From: Eledone cirrhosa
Taxonomy: Eukaryota
NCBI GenBank assembly: GCA_964016885.1
Contig: OZ024751.1
Coordinates: forward strand, 48,298,001-48,362,000
Direction: 5' to 3'
DNA length: 64,000 nucleotides
Shown here piece by piece: positions 29,961 to 45,066 of this stretch; within the stretch, counting starts at the first letter, position 1, and every line of letters starts with the position of its first letter. Under the pieces are notes generated by a model. That model did not search any database. It had not been told where the DNA came from and worked only from the letters and a program-made list of their open reading frames with translations. Made by a program: the position numbers and the translations under genes.

Positions 29961-32027
29961 TCATAGTCTGTCGGACAAATGCTTAGCACTTTAAGTTCTG
30001 AACTAAAAATCTGTTTAGGCCAATTTTGCCTTTCATCCTTCTTGGTTAGAGCCTGACTGTCATAGTCTGTCGGACAAATGCTTAGCACTTTAAGTTCTGA
30101 ACTAAAAATCTGTTTAGGCCAATTTTGCCTTTCATCCTTCTTGGTTAGAGCCTGACTGTCATAGTCTGTCGGACAAATGCTTAGCACTTTAAGTTCTGAA
30201 CTAAAAATCTGTTTAGGCCAATTTTGCCTTTCATCCTTCTTGGTTAGAGCCTGACTGTCATAGTCTGTCGGACAAATGCTTAGCACTTTAAGTTCTGAAC
30301 TAAAAATCTGTTTAGGCCAATTTTGCCTTTCATCCTTCTTGGTTAGAGCCTGACTGTCATAGTCTGTCGGACAAATGCTTAGCACTTTAAGTTCTGAACT
30401 AAAAATCTGTTTAGGCCAATTTTGCCTTTCATCCTTCTTGGTTAGAGCCTGACTGTCATAGTCTGTCGGACAAATGCTTAGCACTTTAAGTTCTGAACTA
30501 AAAATCTGTTTAGGCCAATTTTGCCTTTCATCCTTCTTGGTTAGAGCCTGACTGTCATAGTCTGTCGGACAAATGCTTAGCACTTTAAGTTCTGAACTAA
30601 AAATCTGTTTAGGCCAATTTTGCCTTTCATCCTTCTTGGTTAGAGCCTGACTGTCATAGTCTGTCGGACAAATGCTTAGCACTTTAAGTTCTGAACTAAA
30701 AATCTGTTTAGGCCAATTTTGCCTTTCATCCTTCTTGGTTAGAGCCTGACTGTCATAGTCTGTCGGACAAATGCTTAGCACTTTAAGTTCTGAACTAAAA
30801 ATCTGTTTAGGCCAATTTTGCCTTTCATCCTTCTTGGTTAGAGCCTGACTGTCATAGTCTGTCGGACAAATGCTTAGCACTTTAAGTTCTGAACTAAAAA
30901 TCTGTTTAGGCCAATTTTGCCTTTCATCCTTCTTGGTTAGAGCCTGACTGTCATAGTCTGTCGGACAAATGCTTAGCACTTTAAGTTCTGAACTAAAAAT
31001 CTGTTTAGGCCAATTTTGCCTTTCATCCTTCTTGGTTAGAGCCTGACTGTCATAGTCTGTCGGACAAATGCTTAGCACTTTAAGTTCTGAACTAAAAATC
31101 TGTTTAGGCCAATTTTGCCTTTCATCCTTCTTGGTTAGAGCCTGACTGTCATAGTCTGTCGGACAAATGCTTAGCACTTTAAGTTCTGAACTAAAAATCT
31201 GTTTAGGCCAATTTTGCCTTTCATCCTTCTTGGTTAGAGCCTGACTGTCATAGTCTGTCGGACAAATGCTTAGCACTTTAAGTTCTGAACTAAAAATCTG
31301 TTTAGGCCAATTTTGCCTTTCATCCTTCTTGGTTAGAGCCTGACTGTCATAGTCTGTCGGACAAATGCTTAGCACTTTAAGTTCTGAACTAAAAATCTGT
31401 TTAGGCCAATTTTGCCTTTCATCCTTCTTGGTTAGAGCCTGACTGTCATAGTCTGTCGGACAAATGCTTAGCACTTTAAGTTCTGAACTAAAAATCTGTT
31501 TAGGCCAATTTTGCCTTTCATCCTTCTTGGTTAGAGCCTGACTGTCATAGTCTGTCGGACAAATGCTTAGCACTTTAAGTTCTGAACTAAAAATCTGTTT
31601 AGGCCAATTTTGCCTTTCATCCTTCTTGGTTAGAGCCTGACTGTCATAGCCTGTCGGACAAATGCTTAGCACTTTAAGTTCTGAACTAAAAATCTGTTTA
31701 GGCCAATTTTGCCTTTCATCCTTCTTGGTTAGAGCCTGACTGTCATAGCCTGTCGGACAAATGCTTAGCACTTTAAGTTCTGAACTAAAAATCTGTTTAG
31801 GCCAATTTTGCCTTTCATCCTTCTTGGTTAGAGCCTGACTGTCATAGCCTGTCGGACAAATGCTTAGCATTTTAAGTTCTGAACTAAAAATCTGTTTAGG
31901 CCAATTTTGCCTTTCATCCTTCTTGGTTAGAGCCTGACTGTCATAGCCTGTCGGACAAATGCTTAGCATTTTAAGTTCTGAGCTAAAAATCTGTTTAGGC
32001 CAATTTTACCTTTCATCATTCTTGGTT
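29953..32027. repeat. 99-bp tandem satellite, ~21 near-identical copies, SINE-derived
   Basis: Unit starts every 99 bp from 29953 to 31933. The unit contains SINE-like TCGGACAAATGCTTAGC...GTTCTGA...TTTGCCTTTCATCCTT. Confidence 0.95.
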
Positions 32028-32418
32028 CGATAATATAATTTCTCAGTAAGTTACTGGTATTGATTTAACTAACTCTCACCTTCCCCATATTACTGGCAAT
32101 CTGCCAATATTAGTTGTAGAGTGTCAGAATAAGTAAATGTGTGTCGTCTTAGACATGAAAGTCAAGATAAAAATATAAAGTGTCTGCAGAGAATTATTTT
32201 TTTCCTTTTTTTCATTATTCATTATTAATTATGAAATATTTTGGTTAAAAATATATTTTCTGTGTTTGGAAAGGAATTGGTAAAATTGAGTTTGTACGTG
32301 TATATTTTATTTTTACTGTTTAATCAGAGACCGAATGATAATTCAATGACACTTTTCAGGACTTCCGTGACTGGTGAGATAGATAGATAGATAGACAGAT
32401 AAAGAGATAGATGGACAG

Positions 32419-32465
<47 letters not shown>

Positions 32466-32588
32466 GTGGGGGATACATATATATATATATTGTATATATA
32501 TACCTGTGGCAAACATTCGAGCTAGGTCTTAGATTTAAGAATAATTCTTTCTTTCTCCCTATCTCTCCCCCTCTCTCTCTATATATAT

Positions 32589-32659
<71 letters not shown>

Positions 32660-33419
32660 ATTCTTAAATCGAAGACCTGACTAAAATGTTTGCACCCGAA
32701 TTAACTCAGTTACTGTCAGTCCGCCAAAGGGTGAAGTGGTTTTGTTAAACCTGGGAGGGGATTAAGCCTACCTCCCAAATAAGCCATAGTGGAATCTGAA
32801 CCCGGAACGTGCACATCTTGAACAATGTCGCCAATCCACCACTTTTAATTGATTATTTATGTTATCAATCTTGAAATGATGAAGAGCATTTTATTAACTT
32901 CGGTGGTATTTGAATTCAGAATGTAAAGGGCCGTAACTATATACTGCTAACAATTCATCCGGCACTCTAACGAACGAATCTATTAAATGCACCGCCTTTT
33001 AGAAAGAATGCAAAATAAAATGTCTTGTAGCGTTTCTTTTCTTTTCTTTTAATGTCTTGAGTTCTTACAAAAGACTGCTTTGTCGTTCATCCTTTCAGGC
33101 GAGGTGGGTGGCTAGAGTGGGGGGTTAATAAAATAATTAGAAATCAGGAATTAAAGACGGTAGTAAGCCACTTTACCTCCTCCAATATTTGAAGCCAAAT
33201 CCCACAAATGTTGTAGTCATAGACTCTTCATTAGAAACACTATTCTATAATCGTGGTGAAATGGCAGTGTGGTAGAGCGTCGGATAAAATGTCTTGCGGC
33301 AATCGTTCCGGTTCTCTGTGCTAAGAGTTCCGTTTCCCCACCATAATCGATGTGGCTTTTGCATCACTTCGGGGTCAATAATTAACAGTCATACACAGAA
33401 GGTTATTTCTCCTTCTCTG

Positions 33420-34262
33420 ATTCTGTCTATTTCTTTGTCTTCTGTCTATCTGTCTGTCTATCTGTCTGTCTATCTGTCTGTCTCTGTCTAGCTGTCTATC
33501 TGTCTATCTGTCTAGCTGTCTGTCTCTATCGCTCTCTATCAGTCTCTGTAAGTCTCTGTCTATCTGTCTAGCTGTCACTGTGTGTCAGTCTCTATCTGTC
33601 TCTGTCTATTTGTCAGTCTCTGTCAACCTCTGTCAGTCTCTATCTGTCTGTCTATCTGTCTATCAGTCTCTGTCAGTCTCTGTCTATCTATCTACCAGTC
33701 TCTGTCAGTCTCTGTCTATCTATCTACCAGTCTCTGTCAGTCTCTGTCTATCTATCTACCAGTCTCTGCCAGTCTCTGTCTATCTATCAGTCTCTGTCTG
33801 TCTCTGTCTGTCTCTGTCTATCAGTCTCTATCAGTCTCTGTCTATCTCTGTCTGCCTCTGTCTATCTGTCTGTCTCTATCTATCAGTCTCTGTCTATCTC
33901 TGTCTGCCTCTGTCTATCTGACTGTCTCTATCTATCAGTCTCTGTCTATCTATCAGTCTCTGTCTGTCTCTGTCTGTCTCTGTCTATCAGTCTCTATCAG
34001 TCTCTGTCTCTCTGTCACTATCTATGTGTCTCGGTCACTATATATCTGACTGTCTCTATCTATCAGTCTCTGTCTGTATCTGTCTGTCTCTGTCTATCTC
34101 TGTCTGCCTCTGTCTATCTGTCAGTCTCTATCAGTCTGTCTATCTCTGTCTGCCTCTGTCTATCTGTCTGTCTCTATCTACCAGTCTCTATCAGTCTCTG
34201 TCTATCTCTGTCTGTCAGTCTCTATCAGTCTGTCTATCTCTGTCTGCCTCTGTCTATCTCTC
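33420..34262. repeat. Degenerate (TCTG/TCTA) compound repeat
   Basis: Direct reading. Confidence 0.9.
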
Positions 34263-35051
34263 ACTTTCTGAATCATTTATATTAAAGGAGCCAAGAAATG
34301 AGCATTTCCCCACCACCCTCACCAATCTTCTCCCTAACACTGCGAACCTGGAAAGAAAGATTATCACACACATACACACACTGGAGTACACAAACACACA
34401 CACGCACATACACATGCGCGCATACACACCACACACATACGTACACATACACACAATAAAATTGGTGATGGATGGCAGAAGCAATAGTTCACCTGACTAA
34501 ATGCCTGGCGGATATTTAGTTACGTTCTGAGATCAAATCCCGCAGGGTTCGATAGTACGTTTTATTCATCGCGAGATGAGTGGCGGTGCTGATCGATAAA
34601 AATAAAGTACCGGTTAATCGATTGTACCCTCAAAATATCCTCCACTTCCACTCTCTCACAACATAACCTTTGTGGTCCTGAGACAAACTTAGAAATCAAT
34701 ATGGCGAACGAAAAAGAGTAAAAATATTCAAAATAAAACAAAGAACAGAAAACACACCATACTAAACAATAAAGGACCATAAAGATAACAAACTGGCAAA
34801 AATAAAAAAATGTAAATAAATAAAAGGATAGAAAAGATAAGTAAAAAATATATCAAATTCTAATTGTTGTGAGTAATAACAGCGTTTCCAAGATAAAGAA
34901 CAGGTTTTGGTCTGAGAATATTTAATCTGAAAGTAGCATTTGATTAGACGGGAAGGCGAAAAGTATACACTACACGACAAACAAGCATAACGACAAGAGC
35001 AACAATTACAACAACAACATTAATGACTATGACAACATATATATGTATACG

Positions 35052-35128
<77 letters not shown>

Positions 35129-35197
35129 AAAATTTTCGCTCTCTCTCTCTCTATATATATAAATGTATATATATATATCACTGATTCTCTTTTTTCT

Positions 35198-35282
<85 letters not shown>

Positions 35283-35360
35283 TATACACATATATACACA
35301 ATAAACAACACGAAGAAATAACATATTCAACACATACACCTACTAACATATGCAGAAGCA

Positions 35361-35429
<69 letters not shown>

Positions 35430-35438
35430 ATATATATA

Positions 35439-35490
<52 letters not shown>

Positions 35491-35507
35491 CACACACACA
35501 CATATAA

Positions 35508-35539
<32 letters not shown>

Positions 35540-35793
35540 CCAAACAGGAACTGTTTTCATTATTGGTTAGGACGATGTCAGTGATGGTGGGTAATGGATT
35601 GGAGTTAGCGTTCCTGATTGTTGTTTGTTTGTCAGCTGACCAAATATTTGATAAATGGTTTCGCCTCTGACCAACTTGATGATGAAGTAGTAACGTGTCT
35701 CTGTAGTTGGGTTTATATAATCTACTTGATGTAATTGAATGTTGTTTGTTGGAGTGCTTGTTGAATGGTTGTTGAGTGTTTGGCTGGGGTTAG

Positions 35794-36150
35794 CGGTGGA
35801 GGTGGTGGTGGTGGTGGTAGTGTTCGTGGCGGTGGTGATAGTGGTGGTGGTGGTGGTGGTGGTGTTCGTGGCGGTGGTGATAGTGGTGGTGGTGGTGGTG
35901 GTGGTGTTCGTGGCGGTGGTGATAGTGGTGGTGGTGGTGGTGGTGGTGGTGGTAGTGTTCGTGGCGGTGGTGATAGTGGTGGTGGTGGTGGTGGTAGTGT
36001 TCGTGGCGGTGGTGATAGTGGTGGTGGTGGTGGTGGTGGTAGTTTTCGTGGCGGTGGTGATAGTGGTGGTGGTGGTGGTGGTGGTGTTCGTGGCGGTGGT
36101 GATAGTGGTGTTCGTGGTGGCGGCGGCGGTGGTGGTAGTGGTGGTAGAGG
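35794..36150. repeat. (GGT)n-based minisatellite with recurring GTGTTCGTGGCGGTGGTGATA core
   Basis: Direct reading. Confidence 0.88.
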
Positions 36151-36430
36151 CGATGTGGGTGGTGATGGTAGTGGTGTCGGTGATTGTTGTGGTGTTGGCG
36201 CCGGTTCAGTGGTTCTGTGGTGGGTTTGGAAATTGCCTAAAAAATCTTTTGCCAAATATTCCAAAAAAAAAAAAATTTTCCGAATTTTCTTGAAAATGAA
36301 GAATTCATTGCCGCCGCAGATAAAAATCAACCCGAGCTATGGCACCAAGATAGCGACTGTAGTCCAAGCTCGTCGACCATGGCTACACAACGGTATTTGT
36401 GTGGCTCACACATATTACGTATATATATAC

Positions 36431-36463
<33 letters not shown>

Positions 36464-36559
36464 CATAAGGTGGATCGACTTTCGTCAAATCGGACCTAGG
36501 AAACAATGTTTTCATCGGTCTTTCCATTTGCTAATACTATCTATCGGTCGCAACTCCAG

Positions 36560-36685
36560 GTAGAAGGAGCAACGTGAAATAAAGTGTCTTGCTCAAGGAC
36601 ATAACGCATCGCACGGTTCAGGTATCGAACTCACAATCTCAAGATTGTGAATCCAATTCTCTAACCACTCAGCCACACGCCTTCA
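36560..36685 (-). mobile_element. CORE-type tRNA SINE fragment
   Basis: Reverse complement of the 2875 SINE head and core (GGAGCAACGTGAAATAAAGTGTCTTGCTCAAGGAC...CGAACTC...CACGCCTTCA). Confidence 0.75.
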
Positions 36686-36704
36686 CCAATATATATATAT
36701 ATAA

Positions 36705-36816
<112 letters not shown>

Positions 36817-36975
36817 ATGTATATATAATACATATAGGGGAACAAAGAATCATTGTTGCATCATATACATATTTAATTACTTAATTAGATATTACATATG
36901 TTTCACTATCGATCAGCTAGAGTAACGATCGACTAATGATCGACCCTGACATATGTGTTAATATGTGGACTCGCG

Positions 36976-37048
<73 letters not shown>

Positions 37049-37347
37049 GCACACACACACACATACTCTCTCTCACACACACACACATACACACATACAT
37101 ACACATATATATTTAATTATGTAATTATGAATGAATTTTCTACAGAAAATAGTCTGTATCGTTTGTCTATTACTTCTTCATAGTTACATTTTAAACTTAT
37201 AGCCTTGTTTAAATGATTATTTATCTAGTTGATTTCTGCGGACTAGGGTGAAGAAACACTGGATATATTTTATCTAATAATTCTTCAAACTTCCAATTAT
37301 ATATATATATATATATATATAGATATATATGTGTGTGTGTGTGTGTG

Positions 37348-37443
<96 letters not shown>

Positions 37444-37735
37444 TGGCTGGTGATATTTCATTGATGGATTAATGGAACATGCACTGTTCATATATTGTTG
37501 TATTCTGTGTAATTACCGAACATGAATACAAGTGGTGTTGTATGAGAACAGGGTTAAATGGGATCAGATTTTACGGACATAAGGGAAATTACTCGCTCCT
37601 TAAACAGTGGCTCACATAGAGAAATATCTACATATACACGTTCGCATTTATACCACACACGTACATACACAGATACCAACATATATATGTATACACATAT
37701 ATACATATACACAGGAACAGACACATCTGTATATG

Positions 37736-37835
<100 letters not shown>

Positions 37836-38041
37836 TATATATATGTGCGTGTATGTGTGTGTTCGTGTGTATAAATATATATATATATATTTATGCACAC
37901 AAACACACACACACACATATATATTTATATATATATATATATGTATATATGTATATAATGGGGATGAAGAGACGGCGATAGACGCTGACTTGCTTAAATT
38001 TTGATGTTACAATGGCCCCTTGTTTCAATTTTCTGAATAGG

Positions 38042-38103
<62 letters not shown>

Positions 38104-38197
38104 AATATCTCTCCCTCTATCTGTTTCTCTCGGTCTCTTTCTGTCTATCTATCTATTTAACTATATCTATCCATCCAGACATCTACATGCCTATCTA

Positions 38198-38238
38198 ATT
38201 GTCCCCTTTTCTTGTGCGCCCTTGTTGCAAATAAAGAA

Positions 38239-38240
<2 letters not shown>
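38198..38240 (+). mobile_element. Tx1 3'-terminal stub within (TATC)n
   Basis: TTGTCCCCTTTTCTTGTGCGCCCTTGTTGCAAATAAAGAAAT flanked by TATC repeats. Confidence 0.8.
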
Positions 38241-38304
<64 letters not shown>

Positions 38305-38305
38305 A

Positions 38306-38404
<99 letters not shown>

Positions 38405-39146
38405 CTATATCGATCTGCTCATCATTTCATCTATTCATCTGCGCTCATTCCAAACTAGAAATCACTAAAGTTCCCAATTAATGAAGACAATTATTGTGTA
38501 GATGTCAAAGTTCAGTTTTCGAAATATATTACGTCACGAATCGTCAATGTAGCAGTAATGCTCTGACATTTAGCTGCCGAGAGTTGATCAATTATTAAAA
38601 CCTAGTCTACAGATAATAGCTCGTTAACGTGTCAGCATTACGTCGGTGTGTCATTAAATATATGGCGAGAAACTCATTAGAGAGAGAAATCAACAAAAAC
38701 AACGACAACAGCAATAACAGCAACAATAACAACAGCAGCAGCAACAACAACAATAATAACAGCAACAATAACAACAGCAGCAGCAACAACAATAACAATA
38801 ACAGCAACAATAACAACATCAGCAACAACAACAACAATAACAGCAACAATAACAACAGCAGCAACAACAACAACAATAACAGCAACAATAACAACAGCAG
38901 CAACAGCAACAATAATAACAGCGCCAACAACAAAGACATCCGACAATATTAAACATTGTTTTTGTCCAATCATCAAATTTAAGTAGCAACAATGAGAAGA
39001 GAGTGTTTATGTGAGGCATCACTTGGAACAATCTATCATTTCTGATGTAATAGTGAAGAGTTTCTATATCGCAGTAAGAATGTGATTTTGAAGGTCGCTG
39101 CAGGAGTAGAGTCCGGTCCATCTAACCAGCCACCTCTCTATCTATA

Positions 39147-40872
39147 AGGGGGCCGGTTTCGGTCCCGTTTTCAGAAGCTGGATCAAGGCGATGCACACCA
39201 GCATCTGCTCGAAGGTCAAGGTGAACAGCTACCTATCGGAGCTGTTCACAATCACGTGTTCCATTCGACAGGTATGTCATCTCTCCTCCATTCTGTACGT
39301 ATTGACTCTAGAGCCACTACTGCGGAAGTTGGAGCTTTTGGAGGGCATCCCTTTAGAACCGGGACTGCGAAAAGCGGCGTCGGCTTATGCCGACGACGTG
39401 ACGATAATGGTGTCGAAAACCTCGGAAATCGAGGTAATCGGCAACCTTCTATAGGAATACGAAAGGTTCACAGGAGCAAAACTGAACCCGGACAAGTCTG
39501 TCGGTTTGCAACTCGGAACGTGGAGAGGCAAACCGATGCCGTCCGACAGCGTCGTCGCACGCTGGACGGAAGGACCGGTGAAATTGCTCGGGGTCTGGAG
39601 AAAAACTGGAACGAGGTCATGGCCAAGATATTTGCGCTCACCCAGAAGTGGATAAAGTGCAAACTGTGTTTGAAAAGTCGAGTGGAGGTGGTGAACACTT
39701 TCATAGCGTCCGTCATCGACTACCGCTTGACTGTCGTGCTTTGTCCCCGTGAATACCTCACCAAGATGGAACGCATGCTCTTCCAGTTCCTGTGGAAGAA
39801 GCAGGCTCCACTGGTGAAGAGATCCGTCTGCTGTCAACACCCTTCCAACGGAGGGCTGGGCATGCCGTGGCTAATGATGCTCAAACATGCGCTGAGGCTA
39901 CGGCATGTCCAGGTATTCCTCACCGACCAACTGGTGTGGGCACCGTTTGTGAGACAGGCCTTCACACAACTTGTCTCACTGACGGAGCTGCAGTCCTGGG
40001 TCAAGCGAAGACCGAAGAAGATGGGCGCCTGGCACATTGAATACGCCCAGGCGCTCACAGCATTCAGTGGGGACTCCACTTCGACATTCTATAGGGGGTT
40101 AGTACTTTCCGCACCACGGGACCTATGAACAACTTCCAGAGGTCTCTGGCCTGGCAGTGCTACCGAGGAGCTCCACCCGTTCGACACAAGATCTACAGTC
40201 AGGGACGCCCCGGCAGGGATCCTTCCAAGAGGACGTATCCAAGATGCGAGCAGGACATTGAAACCGTCTTGCACGCAATTGTACACTGCCCGGGCGTAAG
40301 CGACCTGTGGGACTATGCATAACAACTGTTGTCGCGTATGAGACAAATCCAGTTAACTGCCGAATCCATAGAAAGAATCAAACAGCCAGCCTCTTTCAAA
40401 AACGAAAGAGAGGCGGTTTTCCTCTGTACAATGGCTATGGTGAAAGAGGTTATATGGTGGACGAGATTGAGAGGACTGAGGACAGATGTCTTTCTCTCCG
40501 GACAACAATTGATTCCCTTCTTTAAGTATCACAATCAGAGTGGAGAGAGAGGCACTGCACTCCAGTAAATTTACTGAAAGGCGGGTGAATGTGGAAAAAA
40601 TGGCCCGAGTGATTGGGCCTTCTCTGTTTATAAGCCTGTAGGTTAAAGAAGACAGCAAAAGGAAGAAAGGTGCACTTGTACAACATGCTCCTGAAGTTGA
40701 AGGTTGTTCTATCGACGGGGTATTAAACAACCCATTTGTGACGCTACTCCCCTATTGGGGATTTCGATTGTTATAATTGTTTGTTTCAATATTTTTTACA
40801 CGATTATGTAAAATCCCCGGCATGTCTTTGTATTGTCCCCTTTTCTTGTGCACCCTTGTAGCAAATAAAGAA

Positions 40873-40873
<1 letters not shown>
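39147..40873 (+). mobile_element. Second L1/Tx1-clade LINE copy, truncated, with stops, frameshifts and an internal deletion
   Basis: Colinear with 17751-19742 (LEPLLRKLELL, AYADD, GGLGMPW, PRCEQDIETVLHAIVHCP). Ends AATAAAGAAA(TCTA)n. An extra stub lies at ~40962-41005. Confidence 0.9.
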
Positions 40874-40932
<59 letters not shown>

Positions 40933-42795
40933 GTTTATCTATCTATCTGTTTATCTATCTGTCTCCTTTTCTTGTGCGCCCTTGTGGCAAATAAAGAAAT
41001 ATATCTATCCATCATCATCATCGTCATCATCGTTGTCGCTTTTCATTTTATCATTAGCATAACTATAAACAACAACAACAACTACAACAACAAAGATAAC
41101 GACGAACAGCAACAGCAACAACAACAACAACAATAGAAATAATAATGACAATAATAACAATAATAATAATAATAATAATAATATTAATGATAATATTAAT
41201 GATAATAATAATACATAAATACATAAATAAACATGAACACAAAAATATCCTTATGTTGAAGTGAAAAAAGACAAAGACAAAAGAAAATTATCAAAGAAAA
41301 CATAAGCTAGAAAGAAAAAGAAAAGATAAGAAAAACATTAGCAAGTCCTTCACCACCGCCATTTTTACCAAATCCCATACATATGCCGCCATGTTTGTAT
41401 AAATATATTCTCGATGGTGAAAGACGTTGATATGTTATCAAATATAGCTTACATAGAGAAACAACAACAAAACCCACTTAACTAAATAGATGGAAAGCAT
41501 GAAAGAAGGAGAGAAAGAAATAACAAGAGTAAAACACGTACACACACACATATATACATACACATACACATATATGTATGTACGTATGTATATTTGTAGG
41601 TATGTATGTATGTATATTTGTCTGTATGTATGTATGTCTGCATATATGTATATTTGTAAGTATGTATGTATATTTGTCTGTATGTATGTATGTATGTCTG
41701 CATATATGTATATTTGTATGTATGTATGTATGTATGTATGTATGTATGTATGTATGTATGTATGTATGTATGTATGTATGTATGTATGTATGTACGTATG
41801 TATATTTGTATGTATGTATATACGTATGTATATATGTAAGCTCGAATGTATGAATATGTCTACATTTGAATATATATATGTCTAAGTGTGTGTATGTGTG
41901 AGTGCATATATGTCTGTGTTTGAGTGTGTGTATGTGTATATATAAAGATTACGAAATTATATGAGATTTTCAAGAGATTTTTATGACATACGGAATGTAA
42001 AATATAATTTGATACATCACTACTGTTAATCCCTTGGAATGTGTTAACAACTTAGTTTGAAATCCCCGTAGCACATACCATACCACACTACACCACACTA
42101 CACCACACTACACCACAGAAACCACACATCTCACCATATACCACGCACCAACTGTACCATACCACCCCATCCAACACCACCCCACACCACAGCACACCAT
42201 ACCACACCACACAACACTACACCACACCACACAACACGCACACCACAAAACACTAGACCACACAACACTACACCACACCACACCACACCACAAAACACAC
42301 ACCACACCACGCCACACCACGCCACACCACGACCACACATCACATCAAATCACAAACACCACACTATACACTTCACCACATTACATACAACACATCCTAT
42401 ATACCATACACCACACCAACCACACCCAGACACGCTACACTAAACCACACTACACCACTCATCACATAAACCGCATCAGATACTGGTTTGAATACCACGC
42501 TACACAGCGCTACACCACGCTACACCACGCCACACCACACAGGCCATACCATACACTACACACCACATCCCTCTATATACCACACACCAGCGCCACACAG
42601 CACCGTACACCAAACCTTACTACACACCCCACCAAACTACACTATACTACACATAACACACACTCCGCCTTTACTAAACACACTATCAACAGTTAAAAGT
42701 AAAAAACATAACATCCTTACCTTCTTCCCATAGAAAAATCCAATATAATTTATTACGGTTATTTGTTTCTAATATTTTAAAAGCGAACTGCAGCA

Positions 42796-42928
<133 letters not shown>

Positions 42929-42929
42929 A

Positions 42930-42973
<44 letters not shown>

Positions 42974-42982
42974 GTATATGTA

Positions 42983-43075
<93 letters not shown>

Positions 43076-43099
43076 ATATATATATACATATATATATGC

Positions 43100-43160
<61 letters not shown>

Positions 43161-43205
43161 AGTGTGTATATATATGATATATATAAATGTATAAATGTAT
43201 ATATG

Positions 43206-43351
<146 letters not shown>

Positions 43352-43601
43352 TATATACGATGTTGGTGGTGATGTTATGATGCTGGTGGTGATGGTAGCA
43401 CAGAAAATGATGATGATGATGTTGCTGATGATGATGATGGTGATGCTGAGGATGGTGACGATATAGATGATGATGATGATGTTGATTATGAGATTGACTA
43501 TGAAGGTGATGATGATGAATGACGTGGTGTCAATGAGGATGGTGATGATTATGACAATGATGATGATGGCAATGATGATAATGATAATGATAATGATAAC
43601 A

Positions 43602-43679
<78 letters not shown>

Positions 43680-44284
43680 GTGATGATGATAAGGAAGATT
43701 ACGACGATGATGATGATAACAACCTTAACGCTGTTAATGAAGTTTTTCTTCCTTGTTTTATTATTTTTCTTCAACAATTCTTCAATTCCGTTAAGATTCT
43801 GAAACCTGAAGATTTACGGAGATTTACGGAGATTTACGGAGATTTACGCAGATTTACGAAGATTTGTCCGGAATCTTGGTTAAAATGTTTCGGATCAACT
43901 AAATATTTTAAAGAAATCCATCCTGACAGTAAATACTGAAATTTCATTGGTTGAGAGCAGAGCATAGACTTTTCACGCGATGCTGGCACTTAGTTATCGA
44001 AATAGAGTATGTATGTATGTATGTATGTATGTATGTATGTATGTATGTATGTATGTATGTATGTATGTATGTATGTATGTATGTATGTGTGTATGTGCGT
44101 ATGTGTGTATGTATGTATGTATGTATGTATGTATGTATGTATGTATGTGTGCATGCATGTATGTATGTATGTATGTATGTATGTGTGTATGTGCGTATGT
44201 GTGTGTGTATGTATGTATGTATGTATGTATGTATGTATGTATGTATGTATGTATGTGTGCATGCATGTATGTATGTATGTATGT

Positions 44285-44737
44285 AGGCAAAGGGGCTCTT
44301 AAGAGTCAATAGCCATCCAAAATCACCGGGAGAGATGACCCCTTAGCCTTTGTCAAGGCAGAATTCTAGGAGAAAGAAAACTCTGATATAACACCTGCAA
44401 CCCTGATGGTATCCAATGATGTTGAATTGTTCTTCTTTTTGGTAAATATCATCTTGGTTAAGAGAGTGGGACTGGCTTTGTGCAGTGCCTTTGCTCACTA
44501 TAAAAGCTTCACAGCACAGGCATTGCTTTATATCTGGAGATCTCTCTGCACTTGTCGTCACATGGTACCATGGGCCTAGCACTATGTGTCAATAATTGTC
44601 ACAAGTGTAGTGTTTGTACCAGAGTTTTCAAGTCGCTGGCTGGACTAAAAAGTCACATTCGTTCAGCGCATTGGTAGGGGTTCTCCTACATGGATATAAA
44701 GTAGTGGCCATACTCGAAAACGAGTTGGCAGCCACCA
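44285..44737 (+). mobile_element. Short RTE-derived non-autonomous element (5'-UTR-like part + 3' end)
   Basis: TTAGCCTTTGTCAAGGCAGAATTCTAGGAGAAAGAAAACTCTG resembles RTE 5' UTRs. 44597-44677 encodes CHKCSVCTRVFKSLAGLKSHIRSAHW* (RTE C-terminal C2H2 finger). Flanked by (TATG)n. Confidence 0.6.
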
Positions 44738-45066
44738 TGTATGTATGTATGTATGTATGTATGTATGTATGTATGTATGTATGTATGTATGTATGTATGT
44801 ATGTATGTGTGCATGCATGTATGTATGTATGTATGTATGTATGTATGTATGTATGTATGTATGTATGTATGTATGTATGTATGTATGTATGTATGTGTGT
44901 ATGTGCGTATATGTGTGTGTATGTATGTATGTATGTATGTATGTATGTATGTATGTATGTATGTATGTATGTATGTGTGCATGCATGTATGTATGTATGT
45001 ATGTATGTATGTATGTATGTATGTATGTATGTATGTATGTATGTATGTATTTATGTATGTATGTAT

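Noticed and set aside
29894-31969. 691-aa ORF of 33-aa repeats as a real protein, or the array as CRISPR
   Set aside because: The unit derives from SINE/MITE sequence, there are no variable spacers or cas genes, and the open frame follows from a stop-free 99-bp unit.
35722-36499. Extensin-like Pro-rich or Gly-rich ORFs
   Set aside because: A (GGT)n minisatellite. No signal peptide or splice context supports coding.
36470-36527. Minus-strand CCGATGA...GAAAGTC as a hammerhead
   Set aside because: Core mismatch and no convincing stems I or II.
43809-43866. (GATTTACGGA)x5 decamer as transposon subterminal or protein-binding repeats
   Set aside because: No TIRs or TSD identified. Most simply a short tandem repeat.
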